From: an uncultured delta proteobacterium
Lineage (GTDB): Bacteria > Myxococcota_A > Polyangia > Polyangiales > Polyangiaceae
DNA: 64,000 bases
Assembly: GCA_963841435.1 (NCBI GenBank)
Contig: CAWJCS010000006.1
Span: 1,152,001-1,216,000 of the forward strand
Direction: 5' to 3'
The stretch's first letter is position 1, and each line of letters opens with the position of its first letter. The notes below the pieces were generated by a model. That model saw only the letters and a list, made by a program, of their open reading frames with translations, made no database searches and was not told where the DNA came from. Both the position numbers and the translations under genes were made by a program. Of this stretch, positions 50,389-60,032 are shown one piece after another.

Positions 50389-51705
50389 TTGGCCGCTGCC
50401 TCTCTACCACCACCCCCGGATCCGGGTCTCGCTCTGCCTTCCCGCCCGCTCGGCCTCGTGCACGCTCTGCCGGCCGGCATGCGCGACCTCTTGCCGGCGG
50501 AGGCCCGCGATCAGGCGGCGCTCGCGCGGCGGCTGCTCGACGCGTTCGCGCTGCACGGCTACGAGCTCGTGACGCTGCCGATCTTCGAGTACGCGAGCGT
50601 GCTGGAGCTCGGCCTCGGGGTGCTCGGCGAGGAGCAGCTCTTGCGCTTCGTCGAGCCGGAGACGGGCGCCGTCGTCGCGCTCCGGCCGGACATGACCGCG
50701 CAGATTGCGCGCCTCGCCGCGACGCGGATGGCGGACGCGCCCGATCCGATCCGGCTCTGCTATCAGGGCTCGGTCCTCAGGCGCCGGCGCGAGCGGGCGC
50801 GCCAGCGCCGCCAGATCCCCCAGGCTGGCGTCGAGTTGCTCGGGCTGCTCGGTCTCGAGGGCGACCTCGAGGTGCTCGGTATCGCGACCGACGCAGCCCG
50901 CGCCGCGGGCCTCACCGACTTCGCCGTCGACCTCGGCCACGCCGGCATCGCGGCGGCGCTCATCGGCTCGCTGCCCCGCGCTGCGCAGAGCGAGATCGTC
51001 GAAGCGCTCGCGGCGCGTGACTCGACCGAGCTGGCTCGCCGTGCGGAAAGGTTTGGCATGCGCGGAGCGCCGCTCGCGGCGCTGACCGCCCTGCCGGATC
51101 TGCACGGTGGAGAGACGGTGTGGGGGCCGGCCGAGAGCGCGCTCGGTAAGACCCCCGCCGCCCAATGCCTCGCGGAGCTCCGCCGGCTGTTCGACGCCGT
51201 GGGCGAGGCGAGCCTTGCGCCCCGACTCCTTTTCGACCTCGCTGAAACGCGCGATCTTGGCTACTACACCGGGACGGTTTTTCAGCTGCACGCGGCGGGG
51301 CCGGGGCGGGCGATTGGCGCCGGCGGGCGCTACGACGGGCTCTCCGAGCGCTTCGGGCGCGGGCGACCCGCTGCGGGCTTCGCCTTTGGCCTGGACGAGC
51401 TCGCCTGGGCACTCGAGCGGGCTGGCCGCGAGTCCGAGCCGGCCCAGCGGATGCTCGTCACGAACGGCGACTCCGCTGTGCTTGCCGCGCTCCGCGGGTG
51501 CAAAATTGCCTGTGCGCCCGCGCCCCCGAGCGATCTGCTCGCCCACGCCCAAGCCTTTCGCTACACACACCTCGTGGAAATCACCATGAACACCGCCACG
51601 CTCGTCCGGGTCTCCGATCTCGGTCGTGAGCCGTTGCCGCGCGACCCGCGTGCGCTCGGCGCGGCGGCGTTGGCATTGCTCGAGCGCGAGCGCACGAGCG
51701 ACTAG
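50389..51705 (+). CDS. hisZ: ATP phosphoribosyltransferase regulatory subunit
   Basis: LPAGMRDLLP, LRPDMTAQIAR, QAGVEL, YYTG, GGRYD; directly upstream of purA. Start uncertain. Confidence 0.9.
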   Translation: MAAASLPPPPDPGLALPSRPLGLVHALPAGMRDLLPAEARDQAALARRLLDAFALHGYELVTLPIFEYASVLELGLGVLGEEQLLRFVEPETGAVVALRPDMTAQIARLAATRMADAPDPIRLCYQGSVLRRRRERARQRRQIPQAGVELLGLLGLEGDLEVLGIATDAARAAGLTDFAVDLGHAGIAAALIGSLPRAAQSEIVEALAARDSTELARRAERFGMRGAPLAALTALPDLHGGETVWGPAESALGKTPAAQCLAELRRLFDAVGEASLAPRLLFDLAETRDLGYYTGTVFQLHAAGPGRAIGAGGRYDGLSERFGRGRPAAGFAFGLDELAWALERAGRESEPAQRMLVTNGDSAVLAALRGCKIACAPAPPSDLLAHAQAFRYTHLVEITMNTATLVRVSDLGREPLPRDPRALGAAALALLERERTSD

Positions 51706-51723
51706 CTCGGGAAACGAAGTCTC

Positions 51724-53037
51724 ATGTCAGTCGTTGCAATCGTGGGCGCCCAGTGGGGCGACGAGGGGAAGGGAAAGATCGTCGACATCTACACGGAGTT
51801 TGCCGACGTCGTGGTCCGCTACGCTGGCGGCCCCAACGCCGGGCATACGCTCGTGGTGGGGGACGACAAGCTCGTCGTGCGCCTCCTCCCGAGCGGTATC
51901 CTCCGCCCCGAGACGCTCAGCGTGCTCGGTCAAGGCATGGTCGTCGATCCCGATGTGCTGCTCGGCGAGATCGACGAGCTCGTGCGTCGCGGTCACCGCG
52001 ACGTGACGTCTCGGCTCGTCTTGAGCGACCGGGCTCATCTCATCTTGCCGTACCACGTGCTCGTCGACACTCTGCGCGAGACGCGAGCGCCGGAGGGTCG
52101 CGCCATCGGGACCACCAAGAAGGGCATCGGGCCCGCCTACGAGGACAAGGCGCGGCGCACGGGCCTGCGCGCCTGCGACCTTAGGCATCCCAAGCGCCTT
52201 TTTGAGCGACTCGAAGGGGCGCTCGACGCCTGGGCCCCGACGATCACGGCGCTCGGTGGCGAAGTGCCGAGCGTGGAGTCCCTGCTCGGACCGCTCGAGG
52301 CGGCGGCCGTGCGCCTCCTGCCACTCCTGCGCGACACGTCGGCGCTCGTGAGCAACGCCGTGCGCGAGGGCAAGCGTGTCATGCTGGAGGGCGCGCAGGG
52401 TACGCTACTCGATCTCGATCACGGGACTTATCCGTTTGTCACCTCGAGCTCCGCCGTGGCGGGCGGCGCTTCGGTGGGCACCGGCATCGGTCCGAACCGA
52501 ATCGGCACGGTGATCGGCATCACCAAGGCGTACACGACGCGCGTCGGCGCGGGTCCGTTTCCCACCGAGCTCGGCAACGCCGAGGGGGATCACCTGCGTG
52601 AGGTGGGGGCGGAGTTCGGCTCCGTCACGGGTCGCCCGCGCCGCACGGGCTGGCTCGATCTCCCGGCCCTGCGCTATGCGGCGCGTGTGAACGGATTCGA
52701 CGGCATCGCGCTCACCAAGCTCGACGTGCTCACGGGGCTCGACAAGCTGAAGGTCTGCGTCGCCTACGACACGCCGGACGGGCGCGTGAGCGATCTCCCG
52801 CTCGATCTTCTGGACGCCGGGGATGCGCTGCGCCCCGTGTACGTCGAGCTCGAGGGCTGGCGCGAGAAGCTCGAGGGCGCGCGCGTGCTCGACGAGCTGC
52901 CGTCCGCGGCGCGCGCGTACATCCGGTTCCTCGAGACGGAGACGGGCGCCCCGATCTACCTCGTGAGCGTGGGGCCGCGTCGCGCCGAAACCATCGTCCT
53001 TCATAACCCCTTCGTCGGGCGCGCGGCAGCGCCCTGA
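51724..53037 (+). CDS. purA: Adenylosuccinate synthetase
   Basis: GAQWGDEGKGK, GGPNAGHT, EGAQG, GTYPFVTSS, TGRPRRTGW. Confidence 0.98.
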   Translation: MSVVAIVGAQWGDEGKGKIVDIYTEFADVVVRYAGGPNAGHTLVVGDDKLVVRLLPSGILRPETLSVLGQGMVVDPDVLLGEIDELVRRGHRDVTSRLVLSDRAHLILPYHVLVDTLRETRAPEGRAIGTTKKGIGPAYEDKARRTGLRACDLRHPKRLFERLEGALDAWAPTITALGGEVPSVESLLGPLEAAAVRLLPLLRDTSALVSNAVREGKRVMLEGAQGTLLDLDHGTYPFVTSSSAVAGGASVGTGIGPNRIGTVIGITKAYTTRVGAGPFPTELGNAEGDHLREVGAEFGSVTGRPRRTGWLDLPALRYAARVNGFDGIALTKLDVLTGLDKLKVCVAYDTPDGRVSDLPLDLLDAGDALRPVYVELEGWREKLEGARVLDELPSAARAYIRFLETETGAPIYLVSVGPRRAETIVLHNPFVGRAAAP

Positions 53038-53059
53038 GGCTCGTCGCCCGGTCGCTCCC

Positions 53060-54034
53060 TTGGTGCTCCCCGGCCTGTTCGCGCCACCGACGCTAGGCTC
53101 GCCCGCCCAGCTCACGGCCGCTGCGGCCGCGAGCCCGCGCCCCGCGGAGTGCCGCCCGGCGGGGGTCGGAGAGTGGAGCTCGATCTGGTCCCGGGTCCGT
53201 CCACCGGCGCTCATCCAGTATTGCGGCACGCTCGCGCGCGGCTTCGCCGAGCTCGGCGGGCGTCCGAAGCTCTCGCTCGAGCTTGCCACGGCGGCGGGCG
53301 CGCTCCGGCCCGGCGAGCGTTTGCCCGAGCTGCTCGCAGGGCGGGCACTGTTTCGGCTCGGTCGCACCCGCGAGGCGTGGAAGCTGCTCGAGCCGATGCT
53401 CGCTCCGGACGCGCCGGTCCTGGACCACGCGCCGTCGCTGTTCGACGTTGCCCGCGCGGCGCTTTCGGTCGATGCCCTCGACGCGGCCGAGCGCGGCTAT
53501 CGCCTGCTCATCGCCCGGGCGAGCTTGCTCGGGTCCGCGGAAGCGCGCCGCGTCGCCTTCATCGAGGCAGCGAGCCTCGTGCTCTCGCGCGGCCCCGCCG
53601 GCATCGACAGAGCTCAGGGCTATCTCGCCGAAGCCCGCGCGCTGCCGCTCGCCGGCGATCGCGACCTGATGCTCGCGCTGAGCGCGCTTGCCCTGCACCG
53701 TGCGGGGCGCCGCGAACGTGCCCGGGCCCTCGCGCGCGAAACGGACGGCCCCTGGGATCTCGAAGCCGAGCTCACGCCACTCGAGAAGGACCGCGTCTCG
53801 GCCCTTTCGCTCGGCGGCCCGCCCGGCGACGTACCCGAGCCACGGCCGCTCGCGCTGCGGCGCATCCTTTTGCGCGACGGCGAGCTGCACGCCGCGATCG
53901 CCGTGCTTGCCGAGGGTCGCGACACGGCGCTGGCGCGCGCCCACTGGCGCGCCTTTCTCGAGAGCCCCCGGGGTAAGGGGCCGTGGGCCGCGCACGCGAC
54001 CGAAGCGCTGCGCGCGCTCGGTGGCAGACCGTAA
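53060..54034 (+). CDS. Hypothetical helical-repeat (TPR-like) protein
   Basis: Ala/Leu-rich helical repeats; coupled to the next gene via TAATG. Start uncertain. Confidence 0.6.
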   Translation: MVLPGLFAPPTLGSPAQLTAAAAASPRPAECRPAGVGEWSSIWSRVRPPALIQYCGTLARGFAELGGRPKLSLELATAAGALRPGERLPELLAGRALFRLGRTREAWKLLEPMLAPDAPVLDHAPSLFDVARAALSVDALDAAERGYRLLIARASLLGSAEARRVAFIEAASLVLSRGPAGIDRAQGYLAEARALPLAGDRDLMLALSALALHRAGRRERARALARETDGPWDLEAELTPLEKDRVSALSLGGPPGDVPEPRPLALRRILLRDGELHAAIAVLAEGRDTALARAHWRAFLESPRGKGPWAAHATEALRALGGRP

Positions 54035-55014
54035 TGGCCGCGCGTCGACTCGTCTCGGCGCTCGTCGCGCTCGGCGTCGCCTCGGCCTTGCTCGCCACCG
54101 GTCGCGCGAGCGCCGAGCCGTCGATCTGGGAGCGAGCGCGCCGGCCCAGCGCGGCGGCCGAGGCGCGCCTGCTCTCGGCGCTCGAGCGCACGCTCGACGC
54201 GCGCTCGCTGACCCAGGCGGAGCCTGTCATCGCGCGCGACCTCGCGCGCGCCGCCGTCGCGATGAGCGACCTTTCCGGCGTGCACGACCCTGTGGACCCG
54301 CGATTGCGCTGCGTGCTCGCCGACGCGCTGCTCGCCGCCGACGTTGGCCGCGAGGCGCAAGCCGCCGAGCTCGTGCGCGTCGCCGTGGCCGAGCTTCCCG
54401 ACGGTCCGCTACTGGCCGAAGCCTACCGGCTGCTCGGCCTCGCGCTTTCGCTTCTCGACGACGCGCCGGGCGCCCGCGACGCGCACACTCGCGGGCTTCG
54501 CCTCGAGGTCGACCCGGATGCTCGCGCCACGTCCTATTACAACCGGGCCGAATCGAGCCTGCGCCTCGGTGAGCTGGTGCCGGCGAGGAAGGACTACGAG
54601 CGGGCGCTCGATCTCGCGAACGACCCCGAGATCGTCGCGCTCGCGCGCTACGGGCTCGCGCTCGCTCTCGAACGGGCCGGCAATCTGCCGACCGCTTTCG
54701 ATGCGCTCGACGGCGCAGAGCGCATTCGCCTCCCGACTCCCCCCTATGCGACACCCGACCCGCTCGAGCTGCCCGGCGTGTTCTTCGTGCCGCCCTTCGA
54801 GCGCGCCTACATCGAGGCCCTGCGCGCCATGGCGCGCGCACGGCGCGAGCCCGCCGCGGCGGCGCGCACGAGTGAGCTCGAGGTTGCCGTGGCCGCCTGG
54901 GATCGCTACCTCGAGGCGGCGCCCGTTGCGGGACCGTGGGTCGAGAACGCGCGTGCTCACCGGGCGAGCTGCCTCGCGGCGATCCACGCGCGCCCGCGCG
55001 AGCGCGCGCGCTGA
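54034..55014 (+). CDS. Secreted TPR protein
   Basis: Signal peptide ending ASA; TPR units AEAYRLLG, ATSYYNRAE, ALARYGLA. Confidence 0.7.
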   Translation: MAARRLVSALVALGVASALLATGRASAEPSIWERARRPSAAAEARLLSALERTLDARSLTQAEPVIARDLARAAVAMSDLSGVHDPVDPRLRCVLADALLAADVGREAQAAELVRVAVAELPDGPLLAEAYRLLGLALSLLDDAPGARDAHTRGLRLEVDPDARATSYYNRAESSLRLGELVPARKDYERALDLANDPEIVALARYGLALALERAGNLPTAFDALDGAERIRLPTPPYATPDPLELPGVFFVPPFERAYIEALRAMARARREPAAAARTSELEVAVAAWDRYLEAAPVAGPWVENARAHRASCLAAIHARPRERAR

Positions 55015-55049
55015 CGCCGAGGGCGCGCGTTGCTGCCCGCTCCCAGGAT

Positions 55050-56255
55050 TCAGGCCGCGTGCGGCAGCTCGGGCGGCGCGCGCAGGATGCGGCTCACCCC
55101 CTCGGCGTCCTCGACGGCTTCGAACACGGGCCTGAGGTGGGGACCGCGCGACAGCTCGCCGAATGCCCCGCTGGCCGCCACCGCGCGAGCGCGCGGGCCA
55201 TCGAGAACGAGAAATATGTCGTGCAGGCCGCCTGGCTTGGGCGCGTCGATCACGTCGAAGATGCGCTTGCGATCCAGATGCAGCTCCTCGGAGCGTCGCT
55301 GGATGAGGACGCGCTTGTTGGTGACGAGGTAGCGGGTGTGTCGGACCAGGTAGCCGCTGCGGATCACGGCATCGTAAATGAGGTAACCCGCGATGCCCGC
55401 GAGGAGCAGCACCGTCGAACCCACGCCGAGAGCGAGCAGCGCGAACGCAGGGGAGCCGAACGAGAGTCCGCCTTCGTGGACGCGCAAGAGCGCCGGATAG
55501 CCTCCGAGCCCGACGCGCACGCCGCCGGCGAGCAGCATCCCCGCGAGCGCGAGCAACCCCCATTCGCGCTGTCCGCGGGGCACGAAGCGCCGGAGCTTCT
55601 GCCGCGGGCGGGCGGACCACACGACGTGCTCGCCCACGTCGAGCCGCTGCGTGAGGGGACGATCGGCAGCGCCGCGGGGCGCGAGCCGCTCCGCGCCGCG
55701 GACGATCGCCCAAACGCGGTCGGGCGCCTGCACGCCGACGAGTCGCAGCATGAGGCGGCGCCGCAGGGCACCGATTGGCACGGCACGCACGAGCTCGACG
55801 TCGCCGGTGTCGGGCCGGCTATCGTCCCAATAGATGCGGGCGAAGCTGATCGAGCGTCGCTCGATGGAGCGACGCAACGGTCCGTAGATCGCGATCACGT
55901 GCAGCTCGGTCACGACGTAGCGCGCGCGCGAAAGGAGCAGGCGCGGCACCTGCAGCACGGCGAGGCCGAGAGCGGCGCACCAGAACGCGAAGAACAAGAG
56001 GCCGCCGAAAGGCGCGTGCAGCACGAGCGCGACCACGATGGCAAACGAGAGCGTGATCCCCGAGCCGACGAACGACACGGCCGAGAGCGAGCGCTGCAGG
56101 GCGTTGGGCCGCACCACCGCGGGCCGGCCGGTCCACACGATGCGCTCGCCGAAGAGGGAATCGCGTAGCAAGGTTCGTGGGGATTCGGGCACGTACCCGA
56201 ATCTTCCCCAATCATTGGGGGTTTGTCGTCTGCGGTCAAAGTTGCCAGGCTTCAT
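55050..56255 (-). CDS. Tandem bacterial PH-domain membrane protein
   Basis: Two repeats of GE(R/H)(I/V)VW..RP / 2 TM / RY(V/L)VT..(H/R)V. Confidence 0.75.
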   Translation of the reverse strand: MKPGNFDRRRQTPNDWGRFGYVPESPRTLLRDSLFGERIVWTGRPAVVRPNALQRSLSAVSFVGSGITLSFAIVVALVLHAPFGGLLFFAFWCAALGLAVLQVPRLLLSRARYVVTELHVIAIYGPLRRSIERRSISFARIYWDDSRPDTGDVELVRAVPIGALRRRLMLRLVGVQAPDRVWAIVRGAERLAPRGAADRPLTQRLDVGEHVVWSARPRQKLRRFVPRGQREWGLLALAGMLLAGGVRVGLGGYPALLRVHEGGLSFGSPAFALLALGVGSTVLLLAGIAGYLIYDAVIRSGYLVRHTRYLVTNKRVLIQRRSEELHLDRKRIFDVIDAPKPGGLHDIFLVLDGPRARAVAASGAFGELSRGPHLRPVFEAVEDAEGVSRILRAPPELPHAA

Positions 56256-56386
56256 CGCCGAAAGAAACGCAGGGCGCGCGCCTTTCTTTGGCTCCGGAGC
56301 GTGCTTGGAAGGCCGCGTTGGGCATGTCGGCGCGCCGCCCCCGCCGTCGCGAGCGGTCGTGGTCCGCCGCCGTGGTACGATCAGGC

Positions 56387-57832
56387 ATGCCGCGCCGGCT
56401 CCGGCTCAGCGTAGCCGCCTGCTTCGCTTTCGGAACCCATGCGCTCTGCGTCGCGCTTGTCGGGTTTTTGCTCGGCTGCGGCGAGAGCAAGGGCACCGAT
56501 CCGGACGTTGCCGCTGGGTCGTCGGGCAAAGGAGGCGGCCCCGGAGCGGGCGGGACCGGCGGCACAGGCGCGTCGAGTGGCGCGACGGGCGGCACGTCGA
56601 GCGGCGGGACCTCGTCGGGCTCGGGCGGCACGTCGAGCGGCGGTGCGAGCGGCGACGCCGGTGCTGCGGGCGAGGGGGGAGCCGCTGGCGCGGGACCACG
56701 GCCCGAAGTCGCGCTCGACCCGCGCTTCGAAAAGATCACGCTCCACCGTTCGTTTTATTGCGAAGGCAGCACGTTCGGCGACTTCGACCAGGACGGCGTG
56801 ACCGACGTCGCCATGGGCCCCGACTGGTATGCGGGCCCCGACTACGCCGAGCGCCATCCGATCTGGCCGCGACCCGATCCGCCGTTCGACGTGAGAAGCT
56901 ACTCGGACTGCTTCTTCCAGTGGGCGCGGGATTTCGACGCCGACGGCTACCCGGACGTGCTGGTCGTCGGGTTTCCGGGGCAGAACCTCACCTGGTACCA
57001 GAACCCAGGCTCGGCTGGCGGCGACTTCATTCGGCACGACGTGTTCTTCGGCGTCGACGGCGAGTCGCCCGCGTTCACCGACGTGACGGGTGACGGCGAG
57101 CCCGAGCTCGTGTTCATGACGGGCGGCGCGCTCGGCTTTGCCGGGCCGGACCCCACCGATCCGACGGCGGCCTGGGTGTTCCACCCGCTATCCGAGCCGC
57201 GCGCCTACCAGGCCTTCACGCACGGGCTCGGCGTGGGCGACGTTGACGGCGATGGTCACGCAGACGTGCTCGAGGCGACGGGTTACTTCGTCGGGCCGGA
57301 TTCGGTGGCCGGGTTTCCGCTCTGGGCGCGCGTCGACCAGGCCTTCGGTGGCGGCGGCGCTCAAATGGAAACGCGCGACGTTGACGGCGACGGAGATGCG
57401 GACATCATCGCGACGCTCGCTGCTCACGGCTACGGGCTCGCCTGGTACGAACAGGGGCCGGCGGGCGCGTCGCCGCCGTTCACCGAGCACGTCCTCGTGC
57501 CGGGTACCGATCCACTGCCCGACGACTCCGTGATCTTGCACGAGCCGCACGCCCTCGCGATGGCCGACATCGATGGCGACGGCCTCGACGACATCGTCAC
57601 CGGCGAGCGGCACTGGGGACACATCCCGGGCGGCGACGCGTCGTTCGACACGCCCGGGCGACTCTATTGGTTCGAGCACGTCGAGGGAAGCGATACGGCC
57701 TTCGTGCCCCACCTCATCGACGACGACTCGGGCGTCGGCACGCAGGTGACCGTCGGCGACGTGAACGGCGACGACCGGCCGGACATCGTCGTTTCGAACA
57801 AAAAGGGCGCCTTCGTCTTCCGCCAGCGCTGA
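56387..57832 (+). CDS. FG-GAP/VCBS repeat lipoprotein
   Basis: Lipobox FLLGC, Gly/Ser/Thr linker, repeated DxDGDG.D motifs. Confidence 0.88.
   Translation: MPRRLRLSVAACFAFGTHALCVALVGFLLGCGESKGTDPDVAAGSSGKGGGPGAGGTGGTGASSGATGGTSSGGTSSGSGGTSSGGASGDAGAAGEGGAAGAGPRPEVALDPRFEKITLHRSFYCEGSTFGDFDQDGVTDVAMGPDWYAGPDYAERHPIWPRPDPPFDVRSYSDCFFQWARDFDADGYPDVLVVGFPGQNLTWYQNPGSAGGDFIRHDVFFGVDGESPAFTDVTGDGEPELVFMTGGALGFAGPDPTDPTAAWVFHPLSEPRAYQAFTHGLGVGDVDGDGHADVLEATGYFVGPDSVAGFPLWARVDQAFGGGGAQMETRDVDGDGDADIIATLAAHGYGLAWYEQGPAGASPPFTEHVLVPGTDPLPDDSVILHEPHALAMADIDGDGLDDIVTGERHWGHIPGGDASFDTPGRLYWFEHVEGSDTAFVPHLIDDDSGVGTQVTVGDVNGDDRPDIVVSNKKGAFVFRQR
56588..56643 (+). repeat. 20-bp exact direct repeat within the Gly/Ser linker (GGTSSG)
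   Basis: ggcggcacgtcgagcggcgg at 56588-56607 and 56624-56643. Confidence 0.7.
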
Positions 57833-57858
57833 CCGCGCGGCGCTGGCGCGCGAAGCGC

Positions 57859-58971
57859 TCAGGTCGCGCTCGGAGCAACGAACACGACCTCGACGCGTTC
57901 GTTCCGGGCCGCCGCTCCGGGCTGCTTGCGATCGAGGCCCGGCAGCGCATTGCCCACGCTGGTCGCCTCGACGCTCGGGGCGCCGTGCTCGACGAGCGCC
58001 GTGCGGGCGCGGTCGGCGCGCGCGGTTTCCACGGGCTCGGGCAGGCGAGCCGCGGCATGCACGACGACGAGCACGGGGAAATCCGGGTGGGTCTTCGCCA
58101 CGGCGGCAAGCTCCGTCATGCGCTGCCGAGCTTCCGTCGTGAGCTCGTCGCCCTTGCCGAACGGGTGCGTCAGCGTCACGACGACGCCGCGATCGTCGCG
58201 GCTCGGTCCGAGGGACGCCTCGCTCAACTCGGCGAGAAGGCGATCGGCGAGCGGGCTCGCGGGGTCCTTTTGGGTGCGCGGGCGTCGCGCGTTCGTGAGG
58301 GCCTTGAGGCAGGCCGTGCGCGCGGCGCGGGCCTCGTCGAGCGGCGCCATCGGAGCCTTCGGCAGCCGTGCCTCGAGATCGCTCACGCCCGCGCTCGCCG
58401 CCTCGAGCGTTTCGACCTTGGGGTCGATCAAGCGCGCCGACATGCAGAGCAACCGCGCCTGCGCCGCGAGCGCGCGTGCCGCGTCGCGCCGTGCGAGCTC
58501 GCGCTCGGGCGACGACGGCGGGCCGCTCTCGGGCATCGGTAGCGTCTCCCGGGCGACCTTGAGTCTGAGCGTGACGGCGCGGAGCTCCGCGTCGACCGAC
58601 GCCTGGGTCTCCGCCTGCTTCGCGAGCTCTGCTTCGCGGCTTGCGAGCTGGGCCGTTGCCGCCTGGGCGCGGGCCTGCGCGCGGAGCAGCGCGGCGAGCG
58701 TGACGGCGCGGTCGTAGGCGGCCGCGGCGCGCTCCCCGAGGATCTGCGCCGTGGCGCCGTCGCCGTCGTCGTGAGCCTGCTCGGCGCGGCGGCGAAGGTC
58801 TTCGGCTCGGGCCCAGGCCTGAGGCGCGCCGCGGCGCGCGACGGAGACCTGCGGGCTAGCGCTCGTGCGGTCGAGCTCGGAAAGAACGCGCGGCCGTGGC
58901 GCGGACGCGCACGCGAGCGTCGCGCAGGCGACGAGAGCGAAGCAAAGCTTCCCGAAAGGCACGCGGCTCAT
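57859..58971 (-). CDS. Coiled-coil lipoprotein with C-terminal OmpA-like domain
   Basis: Lipobox TLAC; DDRGVVVTL...F, RADRARTALV..G, RNERVEVVF. Confidence 0.75.
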   Translation of the reverse strand: MSRVPFGKLCFALVACATLACASAPRPRVLSELDRTSASPQVSVARRGAPQAWARAEDLRRRAEQAHDDGDGATAQILGERAAAAYDRAVTLAALLRAQARAQAATAQLASREAELAKQAETQASVDAELRAVTLRLKVARETLPMPESGPPSSPERELARRDAARALAAQARLLCMSARLIDPKVETLEAASAGVSDLEARLPKAPMAPLDEARAARTACLKALTNARRPRTQKDPASPLADRLLAELSEASLGPSRDDRGVVVTLTHPFGKGDELTTEARQRMTELAAVAKTHPDFPVLVVVHAAARLPEPVETARADRARTALVEHGAPSVEATSVGNALPGLDRKQPGAAARNERVEVVFVAPSAT

Positions 58972-59465
58972 TCTTCTTGCGCCTTCGCCTTTTTGCGCTG
59001 CTTCGCCGCTGGTGCGGGCGGCGGGGGCGGCTGACTCTGCTGGCGCTCGAGCTCGGCGAACTCCGCTTCGGTCCGCGCGCGCTGGGCGATCGTCTGCTCG
59101 ATCAGGGCTCGCGCGCGCTCGAGCTTGGCGTCGGCGTCGATGACCTTCCGCTCGAGCTCGTTCGCCTCGGCCTGTGCGGCGGCGAGTCGAGCGCGATCGC
59201 GGGCCGCCTCCGCCCATTCGAGCGCGAGCGCTTCGAGCTCGGCGCCGTGGCGGTGGTCGCCGGCGAGCCGTGCCCGATCGGCACGCACGAGCGCCCGGCG
59301 GGCTTCGGAAAGCGCTGCCGAAACGCCGGCTCCCGAGGCCTTTTGCCGGTCGAGCTGGGCGACGAGCGCGCGCGCGGCGTCACGAGGTTTCGGCGCCGCG
59401 TATGCCGGCGCGAGCGCCAACAGGGCCGTGAGGGTGACGGGGAGCCATCGCAGGCGTCGCTGCAC
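58968..59465 (-). CDS. Secreted coiled-coil protein (DUF4398-like partner of the OmpA-like gene)
   Basis: Signal peptide ending AYA, helical Ala-rich body; ATGA overlap with the downstream gene. Confidence 0.6.
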   Translation of the reverse strand: MQRRLRWLPVTLTALLALAPAYAAPKPRDAARALVAQLDRQKASGAGVSAALSEARRALVRADRARLAGDHRHGAELEALALEWAEAARDRARLAAAQAEANELERKVIDADAKLERARALIEQTIAQRARTEAEFAELERQQSQPPPPPAPAAKQRKKAKAQEE

Positions 59466-59588
59466 GGGCGAACCAAGCCACCGACCTGGGGCGCGGTCAA
59501 GCCCGCGGCGGGCCGCGCCATGGGCTCCCGTCGGGGGCCGCGCGGCCGGGCTGCCGCGCGGGGCGGGAACCGGTGTAAGGAAGCGGTC

Positions 59589-60032
59589 ATGAGCGAGACA
59601 CGCCGCATGACCTGGGACGAGTACTTCATGGCCGTCGGGCGCGTCGTTTCGACGCGCTCGACCTGCGACCGCAAGCACGTCGGGGCCGTCATGGTGCGTG
59701 ACCGCATGATCCTCGCGACCGGCTACAACGGTTCGATCCGCGGCCTCGCACACTGCGACGACGAGGGTCACATGATGGAGGACGGGCATTGCGTGCGTAC
59801 CGTCCACGCCGAGGCGAACGCCATCGTTCAGGCTGCTCGCAATGGCGTGCGGCTCGAGGGTGCGGACATCTACGTGACGGCGTCGCCCTGCTTCGGATGC
59901 TTCAAGCTGATCGCCAACGCAGGCGTCAAGCGCATCGTTTTCGGAGAATTCTACCGAGACCAGCGCATTTTCGAGCTGAGCAAGACGCTGTCGATCGAGC
60001 TTTTGCACTTACCCATCGAGTCGATTCCCTGA
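59589..60032 (+). CDS. dCMP deaminase/ComEB family zinc deaminase
   Basis: WDEYFM, RSTC..HVGA, TGYNG, HAEAN, PCFGC. Confidence 0.93.
   Translation: MSETRRMTWDEYFMAVGRVVSTRSTCDRKHVGAVMVRDRMILATGYNGSIRGLAHCDDEGHMMEDGHCVRTVHAEANAIVQAARNGVRLEGADIYVTASPCFGCFKLIANAGVKRIVFGEFYRDQRIFELSKTLSIELLHLPIESIP

Noticed and set aside
55050-56255. PuhB / photosynthesis gene cluster
   Set aside because: Only the generic bPH module is shared; no puf, puh, bch or crt genes are in the window.
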